From NCBI GenBank assembly GCA_040256005.1, contig JBDZWC010000013.1, positions 1 through 27,601 of the forward strand: a DNA stretch of 27,601 bases, given 5' to 3'. The position numbers were made by a program, and so were the translations under genes. A model generated the notes under the pieces. It did not search any database. It was not told the origin of the DNA and saw nothing but the letters and a program-made list of their open reading frames with translations. Positions within the stretch are counted from its first letter, which is position 1. The number at the start of each line of letters is the position of its first letter. Of this stretch, positions 8,477 to 17,483 are shown piece after piece. The DNA is from Deinococcaceae bacterium. Lineage in GTDB: Bacteria; Deinococcota; Deinococci; Deinococcales; Trueperaceae.

Positions 8477-9715
8477 TCAGCGAGTGGCGCGGCGCACCAC
8501 GTCCACCACCACGTCGGCCGCAGCGTCTATGACGGGCTCGCTGAGCGTGGGGTGTACGGGGAAGGCCAAGGAGGTCACAGCCAATTCCGCGGCGACGGGC
8601 AACGGATGCGTCGGGACCAGGCCAGCGTCCGCGAACGCTCTCTCGCGGAAGATCTCGCCGCAACTGCCCACCATGAGCGGGAAACCGGCCGCCACGACCT
8701 CTTCCTGGATACGGTCCCTGTCCCAGCCCGGGCGCATGGCCTCCGGCCTCACGTAGGCGTACAGGCGGTAGTAGGCGTGCCTGAGGCCAGGTCTCGGCTC
8801 CGGGATCCTCAAGCCGTCCAGGGCCCCGAGCCGTTCCTGCCAGCGCCGCGCGTTGCGTGTTCTGGCCGCGACCGTCTCCTCGAGGTCGCGCAGCTGGATG
8901 CGACCGATGGCAGCCTGCATCTCGGTCATGCGCCAGTTGGTGCCGAAGCCATCGTGCAGCCACCGGTAACCGGGAGGGTGCTCGGTGTTGTAGACGGTGT
9001 CGTAACCCTTGCCGTGGTCCTTGAAGGCCCAGGCCGTCTTGAACCAACCCTCGTCGTCCAGGGCGAGCAGACCGCCTTCGCCGCCCGTGGTGATGATCTT
9101 GTCCTGGCAGAAGGAGAAGGCCGCCATGTCACCCAGCGCGCCCACGGGCCGGCCGTCGACCAGGGCCCCGTGCGCCTGCGCGCAGTCCTCGATGACCAGG
9201 AACCCGCGTTCCCTGCCCAACGCGCGGATGGGCCCCACCTCGGCTGGCCAGCCGCCCAGGTGCACGACGATGACCGCCTTGGTGGCCGGCGTCAGCTCGG
9301 CCTCGACGCTCGCTGCGGTGATCGCGCCGCTGTCCCTGTCTACGTCTGCCAGCACGGGGCGCGCGCCTTGCAACACGGCCGCGCCGGCCGACGCGATGAA
9401 GGTGCGTGGCGTCGTGACCACGTCGTCGCCCGGCCCGATGCCCGCCACGCGCAGGGCCAGCTCGAGAGCGACGCTGCCGTTCATGAGCGCGATCGCGTGG
9501 GCTCGCCCCAGGTGCGCGGCGTAGTCGGCCTCGAAGGCCCGTACCAACTCGCCCGTCCACTGGTTGACGCGGCCCGAGCGCATCACGCCGGTCACGGCGC
9601 TTATCTCCTCGTCGGTGTAGCTCGGCCACGGCTCGAGGGGAAGCGCCCTTGACGTGCGGGGCCTACGTTCCTGGACTTCTGTCAGGGTTGCGGTACCGTC
9701 CGCGCTCTCAGCCAC
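8477..9715 (-). CDS. DegT/DnrJ/EryC1/StrS family PLP-dependent sugar aminotransferase
   Basis: NGSVALELAL, TFIASA, IEDCAQAHG, SFCQDKIITTGGEGG (PLP Lys), GTNWRMTEMQAAIG. GTG 9715 has TAACAT 7 nt upstream. Confidence 0.92.
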   Translation of the reverse strand: MAESADGTATLTEVQERRPRTSRALPLEPWPSYTDEEISAVTGVMRSGRVNQWTGELVRAFEADYAAHLGRAHAIALMNGSVALELALRVAGIGPGDDVVTTPRTFIASAGAAVLQGARPVLADVDRDSGAITAASVEAELTPATKAVIVVHLGGWPAEVGPIRALGRERGFLVIEDCAQAHGALVDGRPVGALGDMAAFSFCQDKIITTGGEGGLLALDDEGWFKTAWAFKDHGKGYDTVYNTEHPPGYRWLHDGFGTNWRMTEMQAAIGRIQLRDLEETVAARTRNARRWQERLGALDGLRIPEPRPGLRHAYYRLYAYVRPEAMRPGWDRDRIQEEVVAAGFPLMVGSCGEIFRERAFADAGLVPTHPLPVAAELAVTSLAFPVHPTLSEPVIDAAADVVVDVVRRATR

Positions 9716-9864
9716 GCCCTCGATGTTAGCCACGCCGGCGCAGCGGTGGGGCGAGGGCCGTCACGTCCGCGACCGGCCAGGAGTCGGCACCCGTCCCAAC
9801 CAGTCGCGGATGTGCGCACCGGGCGGCGTTCTCACTGTGTCGGGGCAGTTCGCTGGACCTCACT

Positions 9865-10095
9865 TCAGTCCTTCTTCACCCAGTCGCCGTCGCCGTTCTT
9901 CTCGTACTTCTGCTTGACGGCGCTCCACGCGACCTTGTGGGCGACCTCCTCGCGCGAGTCGTCGCCCCTGCGCTCCTCGGGCTCGTCGTACTGGTCCCAG
10001 GCGCTGTTGAACGCCTCCTTGTAGATCTCCTGGGCGTGCTTCGGCAGGTTGTCCTTGACGCTGTCGGGCAGCTCGCTCACCTTGTCGTACGGCAT
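9865..10095 (-). CDS. chaB: ChaB family protein
   Basis: MPYDKVSELPDSVKDNLPKHAQEIYKEAFNSAW...AHKVAWSAVKQKYEK. GGAGG RBS. Confidence 0.92.
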   Translation of the reverse strand: MPYDKVSELPDSVKDNLPKHAQEIYKEAFNSAWDQYDEPEERRGDDSREEVAHKVAWSAVKQKYEKNGDGDWVKKD

Positions 10096-10225
10096 GCTCT
10101 GGCCCTCCTCCCCGCGTGCCTCGTGATGCGGCCGGCAGTGCCGGTCAGGTTTCGATGGTGGCTCCGAGTCCCGTGTGAGGCGTGAATCCAGCGTGTGTGA
10201 ACCGCGTACGGTTATGTTCTCGGGC

Positions 10226-11377
10226 GTGAGCGGCGGCGGGGAAGGTTACCTGCGGGACACCGGCCCCGTGTGGGACGAGGGCGGCTCGTTCCGGCTCGGA
10301 GCCCTGGGCGCGGACACCAGGTGCGACGTGTGCGTCGTAGGCCTGGGTGGCAGCGGGCTCTCGGCGGTGCACGCCGCCTTGGCGCGGGGTCTCGACGTGG
10401 TCGGCGTCGACGCGGGGGAGGTCGCTTCGGGCGCCGCGGGGCGCAACGGCGGCTTCCTGCTCGCGGGCTGTGCCGCGTTCCATCACGACGCGGTCGCGGC
10501 GCTGGGTCGCGAGCGTGCCGCCGCCCTGTATCGCCTGACCTTGGCCGAGGTGGAGGCGATGGCCCGGGATACCCCCGACCATGCCCGGCGGGTGGGCTCG
10601 CTGCGGATCGCCGACTCCGCGGAGGAGCTCGAGGACTGTCGGTCGCAACTCGCGGCCATGCGTGCGGACGAGCTGGACGTCGAAAGCTACGCCGGGCCCG
10701 AGGGCGACGGGCTGCTGTTCCCCCACGACTGCGTTCTCGATCCGTTGGCCCGCTGCCGTGAGCTGGCCAGGCGGGCCGTCGCCGGTGGCGCACGCCTCTC
10801 CGCTCGCACCAAGGCGCTCACCGTCGCCGCCGACGAGGTCCTCACGGACCGAGGGCGCATCGCTTGCGGGGTCGTGATCGTCGCCGTGGACGGCGGGTTG
10901 GAGGCGCTCCTGCCGGAGTTGCGCGCCCTCGTACGAACCGCCAGGCTCCAGATGGTGGCGACGGCGCCGACCGATGAGGTCGCTCTGCCGCGACCCGTGT
11001 ACCGCCGCTACGGCTACGAGTACTACCAGCAGCTGCCGAGCGGCCGGATCACCGTTGGCGGGTTCCGAGACCGCGCGGGCGACGGTGAGTGGACGCTCGA
11101 CGCCTCGCCGCACGCTGCGGTCCAGGACCGACTGGAGGCCTACCTGCGCGAGGTCATAGGTGTCAGCGCACCGGTCACTCACCGGTGGGCCGCGAGGGTC
11201 GGCTTCACGCGAGGGGTCCTGCCGGTCTTCGCCCGCGTACGGGGAGGGGTGGTCGCGATCGGTGGTTACAACGGCACGGGGAACGTCGTGGGGTCGATAC
11301 TCGGGAGAGAGGCCGCGGCGGCTGCTGTCGGAGACGCTGCTGCCCTCTCGGGCCTCTTCGACGTCACAGAGCTCTAG
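10226..11377 (+). CDS. FAD-dependent oxidoreductase (DAO / amino-acid oxidase family)
   Basis: DVCVVGLGGSG (GxGxxG), GAAGRNGG, GGYNGTG. Start is GTG 10226 (TATGTT 7 nt upstream) or ATG 10214. Confidence 0.87.
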   Translation: MSGGGEGYLRDTGPVWDEGGSFRLGALGADTRCDVCVVGLGGSGLSAVHAALARGLDVVGVDAGEVASGAAGRNGGFLLAGCAAFHHDAVAALGRERAAALYRLTLAEVEAMARDTPDHARRVGSLRIADSAEELEDCRSQLAAMRADELDVESYAGPEGDGLLFPHDCVLDPLARCRELARRAVAGGARLSARTKALTVAADEVLTDRGRIACGVVIVAVDGGLEALLPELRALVRTARLQMVATAPTDEVALPRPVYRRYGYEYYQQLPSGRITVGGFRDRAGDGEWTLDASPHAAVQDRLEAYLREVIGVSAPVTHRWAARVGFTRGVLPVFARVRGGVVAIGGYNGTGNVVGSILGREAAAAAVGDAAALSGLFDVTEL

Positions 11378-11381
11378 CGGC

Positions 11382-12152
11382 TCAGTCCCTATCGCCCCAC
11401 ACCGGATCGGCCCACAGCGGCTCGCGAGCCAGCCTGCGTTCGCCATCCCGCCAGTTCGGCAGGTAGCGCTCAACGGTCAGCCAGAAGCGGCGGCTATGGT
11501 CTGGAACGATCAAGTGGGCCAGCTCGTGCACCACGACGTACGTCAGGCACTCGTGCGGTCTCGTGACGAGCGCCAGGTTCAGGTAGACCTTCCCGGCCCT
11601 TACGTGGCACGTTCCCCAGCGTGAACGCATGCGGCGCACATGCACCGTGGGCGTACGCACCCCCATCGTCAGGGCCCAGCGCTGCGCCTCCGCGGCGAAG
11701 GCCTCCTTGGCGATCTGCCGCAGCCGCGCCTCGAGGGCCTTGCGGCGCTCCGCGACGCCGGCGTGGGCCGGTACGACGAGGGTCAGCTCGGGCGTGGCGA
11801 GGTCCGCATCCGGCCGATCAGGCCGGGTCCCGTTGGCGTCGAGCGGGACCACCGCGAACCGCAGCGTATGGGGCGTCCCGAGGACCGACACCCTCTCGCC
11901 GGAGAGGTAAGCCAGGCGCCGCCTGAGCGGGACGGCGGCGAACCGGGCGCGGTGCCTCTCGATCCAGCCGATGCGTTCCCGCACGGCTGCTGCGACCAGC
12001 CCGTCAGGCATCCTGACGGGCGCGCTGACACGCACCTGGCCGTCGGGCGGGTACACCTTCAGGTTGACGTGCTTCACGCGCTTCCTCACGACCTCGACGG
12101 TGATCCCGTCGACGTCGAGCTGGAAGGCGCGGGCGGGTTCTCTGGGACTCAC
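11382..12152 (-). CDS. M48/SprT-like zinc metallopeptidase (DUF45/YgjP-like)
   Basis: VRVSAP, MRSRWGTC, YVVVHELAHL (HExxH), HSRRFW. TATCTT lies 6 nt before the GTG. Confidence 0.88.
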   Translation of the reverse strand: MSPREPARAFQLDVDGITVEVVRKRVKHVNLKVYPPDGQVRVSAPVRMPDGLVAAAVRERIGWIERHRARFAAVPLRRRLAYLSGERVSVLGTPHTLRFAVVPLDANGTRPDRPDADLATPELTLVVPAHAGVAERRKALEARLRQIAKEAFAAEAQRWALTMGVRTPTVHVRRMRSRWGTCHVRAGKVYLNLALVTRPHECLTYVVVHELAHLIVPDHSRRFWLTVERYLPNWRDGERRLAREPLWADPVWGDRD

Positions 12153-12184
12153 CCGGAGAAGATAACTGCTATCCTTGGCGGCCG

Positions 12185-12667
12185 ATGAAGCCGTCCAACG
12201 AGGCCACCTCCGCCGTGACCGTCACGGAGTCTCATCCCGTGGGCGATCACGTGCCGCCGCTGGGCAGGGGACGCGGGTTCGCGCTCGCGCATCGACTGTT
12301 GCCTCGCCCTGAGGCGGGCCCGCTGACGACCTTCTGGCGCGTCGTCGTGAAGGCAGGCCACAGCCTCGCGGTGCTGGCCATGGCCTCCGCCTCGCTCTAC
12401 CTGGTGTACTGCGCACTGACCGGCACCAGGAACGTCTTCACGGTGCTCTCGCTGGCCATGATCGGGGTCGAGGCGCTGGTGTACGCCTCTTTCGGTCGCG
12501 CCTGCCCGCTCACGATCCTGGCGCGCAACCTCGGCGACGAGGGCGGCCACGACTACCTGTTCGAGTGGCTGTTGGGCCGCGAGCGCATCCACTACGTCGC
12601 TCGGGCGCTGGCGCTCCTGGCTGTCCTGGGTGTGGCTTCGATACTGTTAGCAGCGCTGCTTAGCTAG
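12185..12667 (+). CDS. Hypothetical membrane protein with CPLT motif (DUF2784-like, tentative)
   Basis: Three hydrophobic helices, VKAGH and ACPLT motifs. Divergent from the M48 gene. Confidence 0.65.
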   Translation: MKPSNEATSAVTVTESHPVGDHVPPLGRGRGFALAHRLLPRPEAGPLTTFWRVVVKAGHSLAVLAMASASLYLVYCALTGTRNVFTVLSLAMIGVEALVYASFGRACPLTILARNLGDEGGHDYLFEWLLGRERIHYVARALALLAVLGVASILLAALLS

Positions 12668-12831
12668 TCCCTAGAGTCATTCGGTCCCATCTCTCCGCGG
12701 CGGGATCCAGCCACGAGGCTGGGCGTCGTGCCGCCCTGGCTGACGCCTCTCGTGGCGTCAGGACTGGGGTCACAGGATCGACGTATGGCCAATTGACCCG
12801 CAGGTTCGCTGTTGCCGAAGCCATTAGCAAA

Positions 12832-12861
12832 CTTGACATGGAGGCGCTCAGGTTTCATAAT
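12832..12861 (+). promoter_or_regulatory. Sigma70-type promoter of hsp20 overlapped by a HAIR-like inverted repeat
   Basis: TTGACA (12833-12838), 17 nt, CATAAT (12856-12861). CTTGACA-N7-GCTCAGG resembles the HspR operator CTTGAGT-N7-ACTCAAG. Confidence 0.75.
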
Positions 12862-12948
12862 GAAGTCAACGGTTCGGGGCGCCGTTCGCGGAGCTTGACT
12901 CCGGCCGGTACCCCGGGCAAGTGAGACCAGACCCAGGGAGGTGAAGAG

Positions 12949-13449
12949 ATGACACTGACAAGGTTCAGCAGGCCGCGCTCCTTGCGCTGGGCACCCAACT
13001 CGTCCTTCGGTGACCTCTTCCAGGAGGTCGAACAGCTGTTCCAGCCGCTCAGCGAGTTGAGCCGTGGCAGCGTGGGCGTCTACCAGCCCATCGACCTGTA
13101 CGAGACCGACGACGCCGTGGTGCTGCAGATGGCCGTACCGGGTGTCCGCACCGAGGACCTCGACATCAGCATCGAAGGCAGGCAGGTCACGATCCGCGGT
13201 GCGCTGCGTGAGGACGATGCCGACGGCCGGCGCTACTGGCTCCGGGGCATGCTGCGTGGCGATTTCAGCCGCACCGTGACGGTGCCGAGCGGTATCGACG
13301 CCGACGCCATCGAAGCCTCGGTGGAGCAGGGCGTCCTGACGCTCAAGATGCCCAAGGCGCCCGAGGCGATGGCCAGGAAGATCGCCGTCAACGGCGCCGC
13401 CACCGCCGAGCCCGTGCGCACCATCGAGACCGAGCAGGCGGCGGCGTAA
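12949..13449 (+). CDS. Hsp20 / alpha-crystallin small heat-shock protein
   Basis: PIDLYET..AVPGV..DLDISIEG, GDFSRTVTVP, IEASVEQGVLTLKMPK, RKIAV. GGGAGG RBS. Confidence 0.95.
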   Translation: MTLTRFSRPRSLRWAPNSSFGDLFQEVEQLFQPLSELSRGSVGVYQPIDLYETDDAVVLQMAVPGVRTEDLDISIEGRQVTIRGALREDDADGRRYWLRGMLRGDFSRTVTVPSGIDADAIEASVEQGVLTLKMPKAPEAMARKIAVNGAATAEPVRTIETEQAAA

Positions 13450-13483
13450 ACCACCGTCCGTCGCGACCACCGGGCCGCGACCG

Positions 13484-13531
13484 GCAGGCAGCCTCGACCC
13501 CCCGACCGGAGCCGAGGCTGCCTGCGCATTT
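13484..13531 (+). terminator. Putative terminator stem-loop after hsp20
   Basis: 13-bp perfect stem GCAGGCAGCCTCG (13484-13496) / CGAGGCTGCCTGC (13513-13525), followed by GCATTT. Confidence 0.6.
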
Positions 13532-13638
13532 AAGGGAAGTTCGCCTAGGTTCGCTTTGGTACTACCCGAGGTACCCACCGCACCGTCGCACATCGCGTTA
13601 CAATCTGAAACCAGGAGTGGGGGCGACGGGAGACAAGC

Positions 13639-14049
13639 ATGGCGCTTACAGAAGTACTGGTACTCATCCCCGAGGAGCGGGTGGCCGAGTTCTACCGTCT
13701 TGTCGGCAACTGGATGGGCGGAGAATCGGTCGAGCAAGAGGACGCCGCTTCTCGTCGTGGACGGCGTCGGCGTCGCCCTGAAGGGCTCAAGCTGGCCAGC
13801 TCCAGCCGCTACGCCCCGCTGCACGATCACCTGAAGGGCGTCGCCAAGGACAAGAAGACCTACGAGCTCAGCTTCGACGAGATCGCGACGATAATGGGCG
13901 CCAAGTTACCGCAGTCGGCCTACGACCACAGGGCGTGGTGGGCGAACACGGAGTCACACTCCCAGGCGTTGGCATGGATTTCCGCCGGCTGGAAGGTGGA
14001 CAAGGTCGACCTGGAAGGCCAGCTCATCCACCTGGTCAGGCAGCGCTAA
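13639..14049 (+). CDS. Conserved hypothetical protein (DUF7662-like domain, tentative)
   Basis: YAPLHDHL..LSFDEI..LPQSAY..AWWAN..AWISAGW signature after an Arg-rich linker. TACAAT at 13599-13604 upstream. Confidence 0.75.
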   Translation: MALTEVLVLIPEERVAEFYRLVGNWMGGESVEQEDAASRRGRRRRRPEGLKLASSSRYAPLHDHLKGVAKDKKTYELSFDEIATIMGAKLPQSAYDHRAWWANTESHSQALAWISAGWKVDKVDLEGQLIHLVRQR

Positions 14050-14062
14050 CCGGGCTTCATAG

Positions 14063-14626
14063 CTAGGCCAGCGACTGGGGGCGCCTCAGCCGCTCGAGGT
14101 GCTGCTTGCGGAACTTGGCGACCTTGGGCGCGATGACGGCCATGCAGTACGGCTGGTTAGGGTTCCTGGCGAAGTAGTCGTCGTGGTACCCCTCGGCAGG
14201 GTAGAAGTCGTTGGCCGTCTCGATCTGGGTCACCAGCGGGGCGTCGAAGACGCCCAGGTTCTGGACCCGGTCGATGGCCGCGCGCGCCCTGCGCTCCTGG
14301 TCCTCGTCCAAGGGGAAGATCGCCGAGCGGTACTGCGTGCCCACGTCGTGACCCTGCCGGTTCAGCGTGGTCGGATCATGGATGCTGAAGAAGACGTCGA
14401 GCAGGTCATCGTAGGTGATGACCTCGGGGTCGTACTCGATCTTTACGGCCTCGGCGTGGCCGGTGGCGCCGGTGCAGACCTGCTCGTACGTGGGGTTGGG
14501 CCTGTTCCCGCCGATGTAACCGGACTTGACGCTGCTCACCCCGTCGAGCTCGACGAACACCGCTTCCAGGCACCAGAAGCAGCCGCCCGCGAGGATGGCT
14601 GTCTCGGTTCTGCGTTGACCTTCCAC
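14063..14626 (-). CDS. msrA: Peptide-methionine (S)-S-oxide reductase
   Basis: [50 protein letters not shown] before the GTG. Confidence 0.96.
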   Translation of the reverse strand: MEGQRRTETAILAGGCFWCLEAVFVELDGVSSVKSGYIGGNRPNPTYEQVCTGATGHAEAVKIEYDPEVITYDDLLDVFFSIHDPTTLNRQGHDVGTQYRSAIFPLDEDQERRARAAIDRVQNLGVFDAPLVTQIETANDFYPAEGYHDDYFARNPNQPYCMAVIAPKVAKFRKQHLERLRRPQSLA

Positions 14627-14684
14627 TTTGGACCTCCGTCCACACTACCCAACGCTACATGGTAGGACCGCCGGGAGACCGTTC

Positions 14685-16268
14685 TCAGGTTCCCCACGAC
14701 CGAACCAGCTCGAGGAGCAGACGTACCCCGTAGCCGCTGGCGCCGGGCTGCAGGTAGTGACGCGGCCCCGCCTTGTCGACGAGTTCCAGGCCCGCCATGT
14801 CTATGTGGGCCCACGGGTAGTTCACGAACCGCTCGAGGAACACCGCCGCCGTACCCACCCCGCCGCGCGCTCCGCCGGAGTTCTTCATGTCGGCCACTTG
14901 GCTCTCGATCGTCTTGCGGTACTCGTCGAAGAGAGGCATGCGCCAGACGCGCTCGCCGGTCGAACCGCTGGCGGCCTCGACACGCGCTGCCAGCGCGTCA
15001 TCGTTCGCGAAGAGTGAGGCGCTGACGCCGGCTCCCAGCGCCACGATGCTCGAGCCCGTCAGCGTGGCGATGTCGACTACCGCTGTCGGCTCGAAGGTCG
15101 CCGCGTACGACAGGGCGTCGGCCAGGGCGAGCCTGCCCTCGGCGTCCGTGCTGATGACCTCGATGCTGGTGCCGCCTCTGGCCACCAACACGTCCGACGG
15201 ACGGTACGCCTCGGCGTCGGCCATGTTCTCCACGCAGGGGCATAGACCGACGACCCGAACGGGCAGGTCGAGCTCCGCCACGGCGGCCATGGTGCCGATC
15301 ACCGCGGCAGCGCCCGCCATGTCACCCTTCATTGGCACCATGCCGTCCCGCGTCTTGAGGGAGAAGCCGCCAGTGTCGAAGGTGACGCCCTTGCCGACGA
15401 GCACGATCGTGGGTGCCCCGCTCGCCGCGGCCCCGTGCTCCATGACGATGAACCGCAGCGGGTTCACGGAGCCCTTCGCTACGGCCAGGAGCGCGCCCAT
15501 GCCCTGGGCGGCCGCCCAGTCCTGGTCCTCCGCGCTTACGGTCAGGTTCGAGCCCGCCAGCGTCCGCGCCGTCTCGGCCAGGAACTCCGGCGTCGCCACG
15601 TTGGCAGGCGTGTTGACGAGGTCGCGGGCCAGGTAGGCACCGCGTAGGGCGGCACGCGCCCACCGCGCCGCTTCCTCGAACGGCGGGAGCTTGCCTGCGT
15701 CGGACTCCAGCAGCGTCACCGTAGCGACCTTGCGCCTGCTCTCGCCGGCGGAGCTCTTCCAGCCGCGGAAGTCATACGAAGCCAGCCCGGCGCCCTCGAG
15801 GGTGGCTCTGGCGGCGTCGAGCGGCGCTAGCCCCCCGATCCCCGCGCCGTGCGCGATGGTGGCGACGTCCCTGGCGCCCAGGTCGTTCGCCCGCCTTAAG
15901 GCGGCGGCGGAGGCTCGCCTGGCCCCCTCGGCGTCGAACCCCTCTCGGCTCCCGAGGCCGACGACGATCACCCGCTTGGCCGCCAGCCGGCCGCGCGACC
16001 ACAGCACCGTCACATGGCCGGCCCTGCCGGTGACGTCACCCGCCGCGATCAGCTCGCTCAGCTCGCCGCCCATGGCCCTGTCGACGGCGCCGGTCGCGCC
16101 GCCCGGCGCGGCGACGCCCTCGAACAGGTTGACGACGACCGCGTCCCCGCTCCACTGGGTGATGTCGCCGGGCACGACCTCCAGCACCGGTGGCGTGCTC
16201 GCCTCCGCGGGCCGCGTGGCGACGCGCCCGTAGGCGCTGCCCGTCAACTTTCCCTCATCGGTGTTCAT
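14685..16268 (-). CDS. pepA: Leucyl aminopeptidase (M17)
   Basis: ARDLVNTPAN, VGKGVTFDTGG, MKGDMAGAA, STDAEGRLALAD, ATLTG, WAHIDMAG. TAGCAT lies 6 nt before the ATG. Confidence 0.95.
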   Translation of the reverse strand: MNTDEGKLTGSAYGRVATRPAEASTPPVLEVVPGDITQWSGDAVVVNLFEGVAAPGGATGAVDRAMGGELSELIAAGDVTGRAGHVTVLWSRGRLAAKRVIVVGLGSREGFDAEGARRASAAALRRANDLGARDVATIAHGAGIGGLAPLDAARATLEGAGLASYDFRGWKSSAGESRRKVATVTLLESDAGKLPPFEEAARWARAALRGAYLARDLVNTPANVATPEFLAETARTLAGSNLTVSAEDQDWAAAQGMGALLAVAKGSVNPLRFIVMEHGAAASGAPTIVLVGKGVTFDTGGFSLKTRDGMVPMKGDMAGAAAVIGTMAAVAELDLPVRVVGLCPCVENMADAEAYRPSDVLVARGGTSIEVISTDAEGRLALADALSYAATFEPTAVVDIATLTGSSIVALGAGVSASLFANDDALAARVEAASGSTGERVWRMPLFDEYRKTIESQVADMKNSGGARGGVGTAAVFLERFVNYPWAHIDMAGLELVDKAGPRHYLQPGASGYGVRLLLELVRSWGT

Positions 16269-16311
16269 GGGCCGATGCTAACCACCCGGTGCCTACCTTG
16301 GCCTCGGTCCG

Positions 16312-16629
16312 CTAGTTCTTGACGCTGCCCTGGCCGCCGCCCACCAGGTCAGCCGCCCACACGGGCCCGGGGGGCCGTTTCGAGACGCCGCCCGCGACGG
16401 TCTGGGCCAGGGCCTGGAACACCTGGTAGAGCGACTCCGGGTCCTCCGAGTCGTACAGCACGTACTCGACCCCACCCGTCGACACGGCGACGAGCTCGTA
16501 GAGGTCCGGCTCCACCGCGCCCGCCTCCAGCTGCGCCGGGTCCACGTCGTCGGGATAGACCTCGATCACCTCGAGGCTCTCAACGACGTCTAGGTTCACG
16601 AGTCGATCGTCGAGCGTCCATACCCACAT
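16312..16629 (-). CDS. Hypothetical protein
   Basis: 105-aa acidic ORF with GGGAG RBS and GC3-rich codons that fills the gap. No family recognised. Confidence 0.7.
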   Translation of the reverse strand: MWVWTLDDRLVNLDVVESLEVIEVYPDDVDPAQLEAGAVEPDLYELVAVSTGGVEYVLYDSEDPESLYQVFQALAQTVAGGVSKRPPGPVWAADLVGGGQGSVKN

Positions 16630-16688
16630 GGCTTTGCTCCCTCACCGGGGCGGGATGCGACCCGCCCGGAGGTCACAGATGATACCCG

Positions 16689-17483
16689 TCAGGACCTGCG
16701 GTCGAGCCTGTCGCGCATGCCGTCGGCCACGAACTGGAATGAGAGCGACGCGGCGGCCAGGAAGATACCCGGGCCCACGGCCGCCCACGGCTGCCGGGTG
16801 AGGAACGACCTGGACTCCTGCAGGACGTTGCCCCAGCTGGGGGTGGGCAGCGGGACGCCGAGACCGAGGTAGGACAGGGAGGCCTCGACGAGTAGGAACG
16901 TGGCTGCCGTGCTGGCCCCCTGGACGAGGATGCTGCCGATGAAGTTAGGGAGGGCGTGGCGCATCATCTGCCGTGGCCGCGAGGCGCCCAACGCGAACGC
17001 CGCCATGACGTACTCCGACCTCAGCTCGCTCCGGGCGTAGGAGCGCGCCAACCTGAAGTAGACGGGCGAGCCGGCCAACCCCATCGCCAGCACGGTCTGC
17101 GCCGCGCCGCCGCCCAGGATCGCCACCACCAGTAGGACCAGCAGGAAGCCAGGGAACGCCAACAGGGCATCGAACAACCGAGACAGACCGGTGTCGACGG
17201 CGCCACCCAAGCTGGCCGCGACGGACCCGAGCGTGCCGCCGAGCAGGATCGTGAGGGCCGTCGCCGACAGCGCGATGGAGAGCGACACGCGACCTCCGGC
17301 CAGGGCGCGCGACAGGACGTCGCGACCCAACCGATCGGTGCCGAGTGGGTGCTCGGCGCTGATACCCGCGTAGGTGGCTCGGTAGTTCGGCTCAAGCGGG
17401 TCCACGGGCCTGATCATGGGGGTGAACACGGTACCCAAGAGCACGATCACGAACAGGACCGCCCCGAACCGCACCCTGCCCAT
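16689..17483 (-). CDS. Peptide/nickel ABC transporter permease (DppC/OppC-like)
   Basis: HPLGTDRLGRDVLSR, EYVMAAFALGAS, EASLSYLGLG, PSWG. ATG overlaps the upstream stop codon (TGATG). Confidence 0.93.
   Translation of the reverse strand: MGRVRFGAVLFVIVLLGTVFTPMIRPVDPLEPNYRATYAGISAEHPLGTDRLGRDVLSRALAGGRVSLSIALSATALTILLGGTLGSVAASLGGAVDTGLSRLFDALLAFPGFLLVLLVVAILGGGAAQTVLAMGLAGSPVYFRLARSYARSELRSEYVMAAFALGASRPRQMMRHALPNFIGSILVQGASTAATFLLVEASLSYLGLGVPLPTPSWGNVLQESRSFLTRQPWAAVGPGIFLAAASLSFQFVADGMRDRLDRRS

Noticed and set aside
10145..11473. 442-aa minus-strand ORF
   Set aside because: Antisense to the FAD oxidoreductase, which carries the real motifs.
12664..13830. 388-aa minus-strand ORF
   Set aside because: Antisense across hsp20 and its promoter, with no recognisable domain.
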